Made by a program: the position numbers and the translations under genes. DNA of 64,000 bases from the NCBI GenBank assembly GCA_963666835.2, contig CAXXGO010000001.1, positions 1,376,001 to 1,440,000 of the forward strand, written 5' to 3'. The notes beneath the pieces are model-generated. The model saw only the letters and a program-made list of their open reading frames with translations. It searched no databases and had not been told where the DNA came from. This document shows, piece by piece, positions 20,732 to 29,873 of the stretch. The stretch is from Phycisphaerae bacterium (GTDB taxonomy: Bacteria > Planctomycetota > Phycisphaerae > UBA1845). How positions within the stretch are numbered: position 1 is the stretch's first letter; each line of letters opens with the position of its first letter.

Positions 20732-21099
20732 GCCGGGTGGCCCACGTCCTTTTGTCTTTGCCGTGCGATCCGAACTTTCGCGGGATGTTCAATGGCACTC
20801 CCGTTGGACGTGGGGGAGCCGATGATCAACGGTCGACGATTGCGGCAGGTCTCGTACCTCGACCGTGCCCTACGAACTTATTGCACGGGGGCGTAACGCC
20901 CTCGTAAGGCGGCTCGCCGGGTGGCCCACGTCCTTTTGTCTTTGCCGTGCGATCCGAACTTTCGCGGGATGTTCAATGGCACTCCCGTTGGACGTGGGGG
21001 AGCCGATGATCAACGGTCGACGATTGCGGCAGGTCTCGTACCTCGACCGTGCCCTACGAACTTATCGTACGGGGGCGTAACGCTCTCGCGAGGCGGCTC
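20732..21099 (+). repeat. Tandem duplication of a 184-bp composite REP-like unit
   Basis: 20732-20915 and 20916-21099 differ at about 5 positions. Each unit holds a CCCACGTCC...GGACGTGGG long-loop hairpin and a reverse-oriented GTAG REP (GGCAGGTCTCGTACCTCGACCGTGCCCTAC). Confidence 0.9.
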
Positions 21100-22807
21100 G
21101 GCTTCGATGCTCGGCTTTCCAGTGATGCGGAGGGTGCGTCCCCTCGACGAATCCGGCCGCAAATGCGGCGAAATCCGATAGGTCCACGTCGTCGTCGGAC
21201 GTAGCGTCGAATACGTCCCGGCAGGTCTGCTCCCGGAAGGGCGGCGCCGGTTCGGGGGCGGAGCCGGGGCCGTTTTGACAAGCGACAAACGCCGCGAGAT
21301 CCGAAAGCCCCGCCCGCCCGTTGCGATCATAGTCGCCAGGCTGCGCGGGAATCGCTCGAAAGTCAGCACAGACGATCAGGTGGTCCGATGCCAGCGAATC
21401 CGCCGCCAGGAGCCCGTGGGCGGTCAGGTGTTCGGGGGACATCTGGGGGGTGTAGAGCACGAAGCCGTGGGTCGCCTCGATGGCGGTGTCTGTAAACGAA
21501 AAATAATCGAGATGGCCGGGCCAGTAGGTGCTGGAGTCGGACCGCCAGGTGTAGCCCATCTCCAGCTCCGTCTGTCTGAGCAGTAGATTGGCCAGCGAGG
21601 AGCCGTCCCAGTCCGGGGCGAAGTCCGGTCCGAAGGTCGATTCGTCGTCAATGTCGCCGCCGGTCAGCGTGACAAGCTGCCGGGCCGGGCCGACCAGGTT
21701 CAGGTCTCCGGTGATGACGATCGGCGTGCCGGGTTCCAGCTCGATTGCTCCGCCGGGGAGGCGGGCTTCCCGGATGAACGCTGCGATCCGGTCCAGCTCC
21801 GCCTGCCGAGCAGCGTGGGAGCTGCAGCAAGGCAGATGGGCGTTGATGACCAGGAGCCGGCGGCTCAGGGCGGGAATCGTGTCCATCAACAGGGCCAAGT
21901 TGCCGTCCAGCGACCACTGTTCGACGATCGGATATCGGCTGGCGGTCTTGCAGTCGTGGTTCCCGGCCGTGAACCACTCGTCCGGCGAGCTAAGCGGGAA
22001 CAAGTACTCAACAAGCAGTTCCACCTCTTCCGTTGAATGATCGTATACCTCCTGGAAGTTGATGATGTCCGGGTCGACCGCCCGCAAGGCGCGCGCGAAC
22101 GAGTCGGTGAGTGACGGATCCCACGGCGCGTCGCGGTGTACGTTGTATGTGATGATCCGCAGGTCGTCGGGGCTTATCCGGGTTAGCGGGATTGCTTCTG
22201 GCGATGGGGGAGCGACCGTATCCAGGACGTGGGTGACGCTCGTTCCGGCGTCCGGCAGCCGGTCCCCGCTTTCCCCATCGGCAAGGGCGACGCGCACGAC
22301 CGGTCCCGGGATTAGCGGGTCGAGACCATCAGGGAGGACGTCGCGCCCAACGGCAACTTCATAGGCCGCGGCCGCGTACGACGGAGCCGCCCGAAAGCGG
22401 ATATCGGCGTGTTGGACGGTCGTGGCTCCTCCTTCGACATGGAGCTTGCCGAAGCGGCTGCCGAAGCGCCATTCGAGTTCTGCTCCCAGGTCATTCACGG
22501 GCATCCCCGTTTCGGAGCAAGCGTCCGTGTCAACGTAGAGGCGAAGGTCGTTGCCGTCGCTGAGGTCCACTTCCGCGCCCAGTTCGAATCGAAGAAACAG
22601 GAAACGCTCGTTATCGGCGAGCCACAGTCTGCCGAAATCGACTGCTGCGGAACTGCTATCGCCGACAGGGTCTTCCCAGGCGGCAGCAACCCCAGCCCAA
22701 TCGGCGAAACTCCCGTCAATGCAGATGGGCGATGCGGTTGCACGGCCCGCTGACGCGGTCAGCAAGACCAGCGCGACGGCGCCGCTGTTGATCGAGCGAA
22801 CTGACAT
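21062..22807 (-). CDS. Secreted endonuclease/exonuclease/phosphatase (EEP) family protein with dockerin-like tail
   Basis: Signal peptide; RIITYNV, DIINFQE, NAHL, ITGDLN, HLDY and ASDHL motifs. GDYDRNGRAGLSDL / DDDVDLSDFAAF tail. Confidence 0.87.
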   Translation of the reverse strand: MSVRSINSGAVALVLLTASAGRATASPICIDGSFADWAGVAAAWEDPVGDSSSAAVDFGRLWLADNERFLFLRFELGAEVDLSDGNDLRLYVDTDACSETGMPVNDLGAELEWRFGSRFGKLHVEGGATTVQHADIRFRAAPSYAAAAYEVAVGRDVLPDGLDPLIPGPVVRVALADGESGDRLPDAGTSVTHVLDTVAPPSPEAIPLTRISPDDLRIITYNVHRDAPWDPSLTDSFARALRAVDPDIINFQEVYDHSTEEVELLVEYLFPLSSPDEWFTAGNHDCKTASRYPIVEQWSLDGNLALLMDTIPALSRRLLVINAHLPCCSSHAARQAELDRIAAFIREARLPGGAIELEPGTPIVITGDLNLVGPARQLVTLTGGDIDDESTFGPDFAPDWDGSSLANLLLRQTELEMGYTWRSDSSTYWPGHLDYFSFTDTAIEATHGFVLYTPQMSPEHLTAHGLLAADSLASDHLIVCADFRAIPAQPGDYDRNGRAGLSDLAAFVACQNGPGSAPEPAPPFREQTCRDVFDATSDDDVDLSDFAAFAAGFVEGTHPPHHWKAEHRSRAASRERYAPVR

Positions 22808-22920
22808 GATCGAATCTCGTGCTTCGACGTCCGATCGTGTGAATCAGCGAGGTTCCCCTCCCGGAGGAGCTATTCCAACTCGCGAAGGCTGCTTGTATCG
22901 CATGACACGTTGCAGCGCGA

Positions 22921-24039
22921 TCAGATATTCTCGCCGGAGAAGAAAGCGGCACCCATGCGGTCGGCCATCGGCTGATTCGAGAAGATCAACGGCAGCAGGA
23001 ACTGGCTGTCGGTGTTCGGAGCCCTCAGGTAGTCGGCCATTTCCATCCGCCACTGGGAATCGAACGCCATAAGCTCATCCTGCGAGTGCTTGCTGTCCAG
23101 CGCCGTGTCGATAACGTCCGCCGCAATCCGAGCTGACCACATCGCCGGATAGACTCCTTCGTTGCTAACCGCGGCCACGAACCCGCCGGCGTCTCCGATG
23201 ACCAGCGAGTGCTTGCCAACATGCGTATCCATATCCAGAGCGATCGATGCCGGGCTGAGGGTGACCGGAGCTTCCCGGGCTTCTCGGGTCAGATCAACCG
23301 GGATGACGGAATGGTCCCGAGCCCCCGCGCACATCTTGACGAAGGCCGCGGTGGCGTCTGACGCTTCTCCGATCCAATTCACGGTTGCGCACAGCCGATC
23401 GTCGGCAACTGCAAACAGCCCGAAACTACCGCCTTTGTCCAACCCGAACACCAGGTCCATCTGCGGCGAAGCGGTATTCCCTCCCGGCCCGATCGGTACG
23501 TCAATCTGGGCAGTCCACATCGCCGAAGCCCCGCCTTCGCGGGTGAATCCCGCGCGGTCGAAGAGGCCTGCGTCGCGACCGGAGGCGAGTATCAACAGCC
23601 GGCTCTCGACCGGCTCGGCGCCGTTGAACTGGAGAACGACTCGGTCTTCCCGGAGGCCGACATCGTCCACCTTTGCTCCATCGATGAACGTCACCTCGTG
23701 AGCGACGGCGGACTGTTGCAGGGCATTGCCCAGGGCCGTTCGATTGACGAGGTAACCTGCGGCCTCGTCGAACTTGGGGGTGGCGGACTTGGTGAAATCG
23801 GCGTTGTGTAGCGTAAGATCACGAAACGGGTGGGCGAGCAAGTCCGCCGTCGGCACACCGAGATCGGCCAGCATCGGACCGATTCGGCGGTTTACCCAAC
23901 CCAAGGAAGGCGCCCGACGCGGGAATGTCGCGCCGTCGATGAGCACCACCTTCCGTTGTTTCCGGGCCAGAATATTGGCTGCGGTTGCCCCGGCCGGACC
24001 GGCTCCAACGACAGCTACATCAAACACTTCGCCAGCCAT
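22921..24039 (-). CDS. FAD-dependent oxidoreductase, geranylgeranyl reductase/FixC family
   Basis: DVAVVGAGPAGATAA Rossmann motif; IGDAGGFV...EGVYPAMWS. Confidence 0.85.
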   Translation of the reverse strand: MAGEVFDVAVVGAGPAGATAANILARKQRKVVLIDGATFPRRAPSLGWVNRRIGPMLADLGVPTADLLAHPFRDLTLHNADFTKSATPKFDEAAGYLVNRTALGNALQQSAVAHEVTFIDGAKVDDVGLREDRVVLQFNGAEPVESRLLILASGRDAGLFDRAGFTREGGASAMWTAQIDVPIGPGGNTASPQMDLVFGLDKGGSFGLFAVADDRLCATVNWIGEASDATAAFVKMCAGARDHSVIPVDLTREAREAPVTLSPASIALDMDTHVGKHSLVIGDAGGFVAAVSNEGVYPAMWSARIAADVIDTALDSKHSQDELMAFDSQWRMEMADYLRAPNTDSQFLLPLIFSNQPMADRMGAAFFSGENI

Positions 24040-24258
24040 ATACCTGCACCCCTTGCCGCGACGTATGTTCACAGCCCGCGACACGCTCGCGAGCGGCTGA
24101 ACATTACACGGGAACCGCGACTCTCCGCAAGTCCGGGACTTGCGGGAATCTCATTGTGTTCGGCCGGTTTGAAGTGAGGACCGCGTTCGGATAGAACCTC
24201 AGAATCCGTTGGTAAGCAGAACTGCGCGGGGAGTATTGCCGCGACGTACCGGGGAACA

Positions 24259-25401
24259 TTGGGAATCAAGGGAGCAACCCAAACCGTGGCGGCCGTGGAG
24301 ATTGACAACGTAAGTAAGAGATACGTTGGAAACAAGAAAGAGGTGCGCGCGGTTGAGGGTGTTGATCTCGCTATCGCCGAGCAGGAGCTGGTTACCCTGG
24401 TCGGGCCGTCCGGTTGTGGCAAGACGACGCTGCTCAGGTTAATAGCCGGCCTGGAAGAGCCCGACAGAGGGCATATTCGGATCGGAGGGCACGATGTTAC
24501 GAGATTGCCGCCCAAGAACCGCGATATCGCCATGGTCTTCCAGAATCATGCGCTTTACCCCCACATGACGGTCTTTCAGAACATGGCTTTCGGCCTGAAA
24601 GCGCGGCGAATCCCGCGAGCGGAGATCAAGCGAGGTGTCGCCGCCGCCGCTACTACGCTTGGCATAGAAGGCCTGTTGGACCGTAAACCTGCGGAACTAT
24701 CCGGCGGTGAACGCCAACGCGTGGCCGTCGGTCGGGCAATAGTCCGCTTGCCCCGGGCGTTTTTGCTTGACGAGCCGCTCTGCAATCTCGATGCGAAGCT
24801 TCGCGAGCGGATGAGAGCGGAGATCAAGAGCCTTCAGCGCGAACTGGCTACTGCGATGCTCTACGTTACGCACGACCAGGAGGAGGCCATGGCGCTTGGT
24901 GACCGGGTCGTGGTCATGCGGAAGGGCGAGATCCAGCAGTGCGGAGCACCTTTGGACGTGTACCGCCGGCCCGCCAACCGCTTCGTGGCCGGCTTTGTTG
25001 GCGCGCCGTCGATGAACTTTCTGGAGGGTCGGCTGGCGGGTGGACGAGGCGTCGCGCGCTTCAGATGTGGTTTGGGCGACTGGGAGCTTCCACCGGAGGT
25101 AGGCGCATCTCTTGGCGACTGGCAGGATGAGCCTGCGGTTCTGGGGATTCGACCGGAGCACGTTCACCTGAGCGAGAGCCGGGAGAGTGGCAGTTCGCCG
25201 ACCGCCCGTATGGAGGTCCGCGTGGTGGAGCACGTGGGGGACTCCACGTTGGTTCACCTGCGCACCTCTTCGGAGATAGCGATAATCGCCCGAGTCCCGG
25301 GAGTTTCCGATATCAGAGTCGGAGAGTGCGCGGAAATCTCTCCGAGGCTCGCAGACGCCCACTTCTTTGAGGTGGGAACGGCCGGATGTCGGCTATACTG
25401 A
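24259..25401 (+). CDS. ABC transporter ATP-binding protein, MalK/MsiK/UgpC type (start uncertain, possibly GTG 24286)
   Basis: GPSGCGKTT, VFQNHALYPHM, LSGGERQR, LLDEP, YVTHDQEEAM and C-terminal TOBE-like GIRPEH. Confidence 0.92.
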   Translation: MGIKGATQTVAAVEIDNVSKRYVGNKKEVRAVEGVDLAIAEQELVTLVGPSGCGKTTLLRLIAGLEEPDRGHIRIGGHDVTRLPPKNRDIAMVFQNHALYPHMTVFQNMAFGLKARRIPRAEIKRGVAAAATTLGIEGLLDRKPAELSGGERQRVAVGRAIVRLPRAFLLDEPLCNLDAKLRERMRAEIKSLQRELATAMLYVTHDQEEAMALGDRVVVMRKGEIQQCGAPLDVYRRPANRFVAGFVGAPSMNFLEGRLAGGRGVARFRCGLGDWELPPEVGASLGDWQDEPAVLGIRPEHVHLSESRESGSSPTARMEVRVVEHVGDSTLVHLRTSSEIAIIARVPGVSDIRVGECAEISPRLADAHFFEVGTAGCRLY

Positions 25402-25591
25402 CTTATCAGCTCCACGGTCCTATATTACGTGCCGGTCTGTGGGGTCCGAAGAATGCTTGGCTGGTCCGCCGGGTGTTCTGCGATATCTCTTGCTTTATCC
25501 ATGGAGAGGTGTCATACTATCAATTGTAGTGAAACTGCAATCGGGCACTGTTGGTTCGGTTGCACGACATTTCAATTCGGAGACATCGAAT

Positions 25592-27292
25592 ATGCAGCGG
25601 AACAGCTTCTACTTCAGGCGGTGGCTGATCTTGGGCGTCGGCGTGTCTTGTCTCGTTGGTTTATCAACCGGTTGTCCGTTCGCGTCGCCCGATCCTTCGA
25701 CGCAGGATGACGAGGATCCGGCACAGCAGCCGGTGCCGACGGAGGAGTTTGAGTTGACGGTCCGCGCGCTGGGTAACGGCGATGTGGAGCGGACGGCGGA
25801 AGGGCAGTTGGTGACCCTCACCGCGGTTCCGGAAACGGGGTGGGTGTTCGACAAGTGGCTGGGAGCGACCGAATCGACCGTTAATCCGCTGGTTTTGTTG
25901 TTGGACGAGTCTATGTCGGTGGATGCGCGCTTCGTGCTGGCCGAGATCGTCGATTCTGATGGTGACGGAGTACCTGATGCCGAGGACGTCTGCCCGGGGG
26001 AAGACGACGGGATCGATACCGATCAAGACGGGGTGCCCAATGGCTGCGACACCTGCCCGCGCGATCCTGACAACGACAAGGACGGCGATCGGATATGCGG
26101 GGATGTGGACAATTGTCCGAACGTCGCAGACGACGTGCAGGCGGACAGCGACGATGACGGAATCGGCGATGTCTGTGACGCTTGCGTGCATGATCCGCTG
26201 AACGACATCGACGAGGACGGTGTCTGCGGTAACGTTGACAACTGCCCCGAAGTTGCCAATGCCAGACAGCGAGATTCGGATGGCGACGGCGTAGGTAACG
26301 CCTGCGATGTGTGCCCGGCCGATGCCGAGGATGACGCTGACGACGACGGGGTCTGCGCCAATGTCGATAACTGCCCCGAGATAGCCAATGCTGATCAGGC
26401 TGACAAAGACCGTGACGGAGTGGGTGACGTTTGTGACGTGTGTCCCGAAGATCCGGCTAACGATGCGGATGGCGACGGGTTCTGCGCCGACGTGGACCAG
26501 TGCCAAGGGACCGCCGCAGGTGACGTAGTCGATGCCAACGGGTGCAGTCCCGCGCAGCTCGATACGGATGAGGACGGTTACAGCGATCACATTGACAAAT
26601 GTCCGGGTACGCCGCGATCGGAGGTCGTAGATGCTCAAGGCTGCAGTGCGAGCCAGCGCGATACCGACGGCGACGGGGTGATGGACGATGCGGATGTCTG
26701 TCATGGGTTTGACGATGCCGCGGATGCCGACTCGGATACGGTTCCCGACGGCTGCGATAACTGCCCGCAGACGCCCAACGATGCTCAGTACGACGGCGAT
26801 ACCGATACCGTCGGCGACGCGTGTGATCTGTGCCCCGACACTGCCGCAGGAGAGACGGTGGACGACGACGGCTGTTCCGCGTCTCAGCGCGATTCGGATG
26901 ATGATGGTGTTACCGATGATCTGGACCAGTGTGCCGATACTCCCTCAGGAGAAGCGGTGGACGCCGACGGCTGTTCCGCGTCACAACGAGATTCTGATAA
27001 TGACGGGGTGACCGACGATCTGGATCAGTGCCCCGATACCCCGGCAGGAGAATCAGTCGACGTCAACGGTTGCTCGGCGTCCCAGCGCGATTCGGATGAT
27101 GACGGTGTTACCGATGATCTGGATCTGTGTGCCGACACTCCCGTAGGAGAGACGGTGGACGCCGACGGTTGTTCCGCCTCTCAGCGCGATTCTGATAACG
27201 ACGGTGTGACGGACGATCTGGATCTCTGTGCCGACACCCCCGCGGGGGAGGCGGTGGACGCCGACGGCTGCTCGGCCGGCCAGCTTGACTAG
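25592..27292 (+). CDS. Lipoprotein with a divergent InlB B-repeat-like domain and thrombospondin type-3 Ca-binding repeats
   Basis: Lipobox LSTG-C; VTLTAVPETGWVFDKW; many DSDGDGVxDxxDxCP repeats. The 3' part is a 99-bp (33-aa) tandem repeat. Confidence 0.85.
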   Translation: MQRNSFYFRRWLILGVGVSCLVGLSTGCPFASPDPSTQDDEDPAQQPVPTEEFELTVRALGNGDVERTAEGQLVTLTAVPETGWVFDKWLGATESTVNPLVLLLDESMSVDARFVLAEIVDSDGDGVPDAEDVCPGEDDGIDTDQDGVPNGCDTCPRDPDNDKDGDRICGDVDNCPNVADDVQADSDDDGIGDVCDACVHDPLNDIDEDGVCGNVDNCPEVANARQRDSDGDGVGNACDVCPADAEDDADDDGVCANVDNCPEIANADQADKDRDGVGDVCDVCPEDPANDADGDGFCADVDQCQGTAAGDVVDANGCSPAQLDTDEDGYSDHIDKCPGTPRSEVVDAQGCSASQRDTDGDGVMDDADVCHGFDDAADADSDTVPDGCDNCPQTPNDAQYDGDTDTVGDACDLCPDTAAGETVDDDGCSASQRDSDDDGVTDDLDQCADTPSGEAVDADGCSASQRDSDNDGVTDDLDQCPDTPAGESVDVNGCSASQRDSDDDGVTDDLDLCADTPVGETVDADGCSASQRDSDNDGVTDDLDLCADTPAGEAVDADGCSAGQLD

Positions 27293-27299
27293 GTTCGGC

Positions 27300-27394
27300 G
27301 TCGGGCCGAGCCCAACCTACCGTGCTAGTAGGTCGGGCTTTGCCCGACGCTGGAGTTTGGCGTTTCTAGCGAAGTAGGTCGGGCTCGGCCCGAC
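27300..27394. repeat. Three GTAG-type REPs upstream of RAYT
   Basis: Reverse copy 27300-27320; forward GTAGGTCGGGCTTTGCCCGAC 27328-27348; forward GTAGGTCGGGCTCGGCCCGAC 27374-27394. Confidence 0.9.
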
Positions 27395-27439
27395 GCCTCC
27401 CGGAGTTGCTTGCCTCTACCGGCGGGGGGCGCTTCTTAT

Positions 27440-27988
27440 ATGCCGAATTACGTTCGATGGCGTGAGGACGGTGCGTCCTACTTCTTCACGGTTGTGACCT
27501 ACCGGCGCCGAAGGCTATTCGACCATGCGGACGCACGCGGGCTTCTGCGGCGGGCACTTGTCACCGTCTGCCGTCAATGGCCCTTCGACATGTTCGCGTG
27601 TGTTCTTCTGCCCGACCACTTGCACTGCATCTGGACCTTGCCTGAGGGCGACGACGGTTTTCCCATCCGATGGGCCAATATCAAACGGTTATTCACGAAG
27701 ACCTACCTTGCGAGCGGCGGTCGTTCGTTGCCGGTATCATCGAGCCGGGCGGCGCACCGCGAATCGGGGATCTGGCAGGCTCGCTATTGGGAGCACCGCA
27801 TTCGCGATGAGACCGACTGGCTTCGTCACCGCGATTACATCCACCTTAACCCGGTCAAGCACCGACTCGTGGGGGAACCGGGTGATTGGCCATGGTCGAG
27901 CTTCCATAGGCACGTTCAACTCGGCTGGCTCGACCCGAATTGGCCGGGCGCCTCCCCGGTAGACGTTCCACAAGTTGCTGGCGAGTGA
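27440..27988 (+). mobile_element. rayT: REP-associated tyrosine transposase (RAYT/TnpA-REP, HUH Y1 family)
   Basis: MPNY..G..YFFTVVT, VLLPDHLH (HUH), WQARYWEHRIRD, DYIHLNPVKH (catalytic Tyr) and WPWSSFH. Flanked by inverted GTAG REPs. Confidence 0.93.
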
Positions 27989-27996
27989 CGAATCCG

Positions 27997-28047
27997 GTCG
28001 GGAAGAGCCCGACCTACCGGGCTTCTTCACGGTGGTGACCTACCGGC
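27997..28047. repeat. Reverse REP fused to a 26-bp duplicate of RAYT coding sequence
   Basis: GTCGGGAAGAGCCCGACCTAC (27997-28017); 28022-28047 matches 27481-27506 at 25/26. Confidence 0.85.
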
Positions 28048-28260
28048 TGATTATGAGTCCCAGATGCGCTGGCGGGCTGAGGTCGACGCGATGGACTGGC
28101 TCGACAAGGTCGATGCACGCGTCGGATTCAGTAGTACTTGGCGGGGGGGGTGCGTTTCTGGCATGCGTTCGGTATCATGACACCCTACTCGCCGTATGGT
28201 CTCGGTGGGGTGATGTCGTCTTACCGGTCGCGGGAACCTGGGGTTTCAGGGGACAACTCA

Positions 28261-29343
28261 ATGTCACGAATCGGATTCGTTCTAGCGTCGGTCTTGGCGG
28301 TGGTCTGCGTGTCGACGGGGCAGGCTGAAGTGGTCATCGACGTGGTGACGGTGGAGAATCCAGGTAACGTGGCGGACACGCGTTACGAAGACTGTGGCTG
28401 GGGCGGCGTGAACTACGTGTACAACATCGGCAAGTTCGAGATAACCGCTGGGCAGTACTGCGAGTTCCTCAACGCCGTGGCCGCTGATGACCCCTTCGGA
28501 CTGTACAGTGAGTCAATGGCTGATCCGTCGACAAGATACGTTTGGGGCTGCAATATCCAACGCAGCGGGTCGCCGGGCGGCTATAGCTACACTATCGCTC
28601 CCGACTGGGCCGACCGCCCGGTGAACCACGTCGACTGGGGCGATGCAGCGCGGTTCTGCAACTGGCTGCACAACGGCCAGCCGACTGGCGCTCAGGATCT
28701 GAGCACGACGGAGGATGGGTCGTACTTCCTGAATGGGGCGATGACTGATGGCGAACTCACTGCGGTAGTGCGAGGGGACGATGCCACGTGGGTGATTCCA
28801 ACGAAAGACGAATGGTACAAGGCGGCGTTTCACAAGAACGATGGCGTGACGGGGAACTATTGGCAGCAGCCAACAAGGTCGGACATGATTCCGACGTCGG
28901 AGGCTCCGCCCGGAACGGACATGACAAACGGATCAGCGAACCACGTTGGCGAGAGTTATGCGATAGGCAGCCCGTACTACCGGACCGAGGTTGGTGCGTA
29001 CGACGCCAAGCCCTCGGATAGCCCCTACGGCACTTTCGACCAGGGCGGCAACGTGTCTGAGTGGAATGAGTCCGCATGGCCTAAGTACTCCGAACGTGGC
29101 TGCCGAGGCGGGAGTTTCGGCGCCAGCATTATGTGGTACACCCACGCGATGGCTGACTTCTATCAGGATGCGTCGCGTGAGCACGGTGGCATCGGGTTCC
29201 GCGTCGCCGAAGTTCCCGAACGCAAAAGCGACCACGACTGGGACGATGACGTGGACCTGGATGACTTCGCTCTGTTCGTGGCCGGGTTCAGCGACTTGCG
29301 TGATTACGCCATCTTCCAGACGGCCTACACTGGGGCGGAGTGA
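28261..29343 (+). CDS. Secreted FGE-sulfatase/SUMF1-domain protein with a short dockerin/EF-hand-like tail
   Basis: Signal peptide MSRIGFVLASVLAVVCVSTGQA; IGKFEIT, IPTKDEWYKAA, PYGTFDQGGNVSEW, RGGSF and GFRVA; tail DHDWDDDVDLDDFALF. Confidence 0.88.
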   Translation: MSRIGFVLASVLAVVCVSTGQAEVVIDVVTVENPGNVADTRYEDCGWGGVNYVYNIGKFEITAGQYCEFLNAVAADDPFGLYSESMADPSTRYVWGCNIQRSGSPGGYSYTIAPDWADRPVNHVDWGDAARFCNWLHNGQPTGAQDLSTTEDGSYFLNGAMTDGELTAVVRGDDATWVIPTKDEWYKAAFHKNDGVTGNYWQQPTRSDMIPTSEAPPGTDMTNGSANHVGESYAIGSPYYRTEVGAYDAKPSDSPYGTFDQGGNVSEWNESAWPKYSERGCRGGSFGASIMWYTHAMADFYQDASREHGGIGFRVAEVPERKSDHDWDDDVDLDDFALFVAGFSDLRDYAIFQTAYTGAE

Positions 29344-29379
29344 CGGCCGGGGCGACTCGTGTTTCACCCGCGCTCAACG

Positions 29380-29571
29380 AAGGGTCGGGCTTCGCCCGAC
29401 GCCTCCCGCAGTTGCCTGCCTCTACCGGTGGAGTACGCTTTCTGTATGCCGAATTATGTTTGACAGCGTGAGGACAGCGCGTCCTACTTCTTCACGGTAG
29501 TCTGACGTGGGGCCGAGCCCGATCTACCGGGCTGCGCATCCGAGGTTTCCGTCGGGCTGAGCCCGACCTAC
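29380..29571 (+). pseudogene. Internally deleted copy of the RAYT locus (REP + upstream region + first ~18 codons) closed by two reverse REPs
   Basis: 29383-29498 aligns to 27377-27492. ATG CCG AAT TAT GTT TGA shows a nonsense change at codon 6. Reverse REPs at 29507-29527 and 29551-29571. Confidence 0.85.
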
Positions 29572-29617
29572 CGCGCTGGGGCCGTTCAGACCATCGTGCG
29601 ATCCGTAAGATCGTCCC

Positions 29618-29769
29618 CCGGCCCTTCGGGACGGGACCACGTGGGGAGCGAATCTCACCCACGGGTTCCGCTTCGTTCCACCCGTGGCTACTTGCCCAAA
29701 GTCCCTTCGGGACGGGTTACCGCACGACTGCCTAACAAGGTTAGTACCATTGGGCGGAGCCCGTCCTAC
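29618..29769 (+). repeat. 152-bp inverted repeat, left copy (triple-hairpin element + REP)
   Basis: Reverse complement of 36622-36773 with about 17 mismatches and no gaps by hand alignment. Confidence 0.9.
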
Positions 29770-29873
29770 TGTGCTGGGGTCGCGATGACATACGCGATCC
29801 CGTTTGATTCCAGGCTCGACGCGGCTGGAGTATCCGGGGTTTGATGAGTGGCTACGATGACGCGGGTGCCTCA

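Noticed and set aside
20660..21181. Small ORFs repeated at 20660-21181 and 36666-37286
   Set aside because: They are translations of the non-coding repeat element.
28261..29343. Diversity-generating retroelement targeting the FGE domains
   Set aside because: No reverse transcriptase and no adenine-mismatched template repeat are visible in the window.
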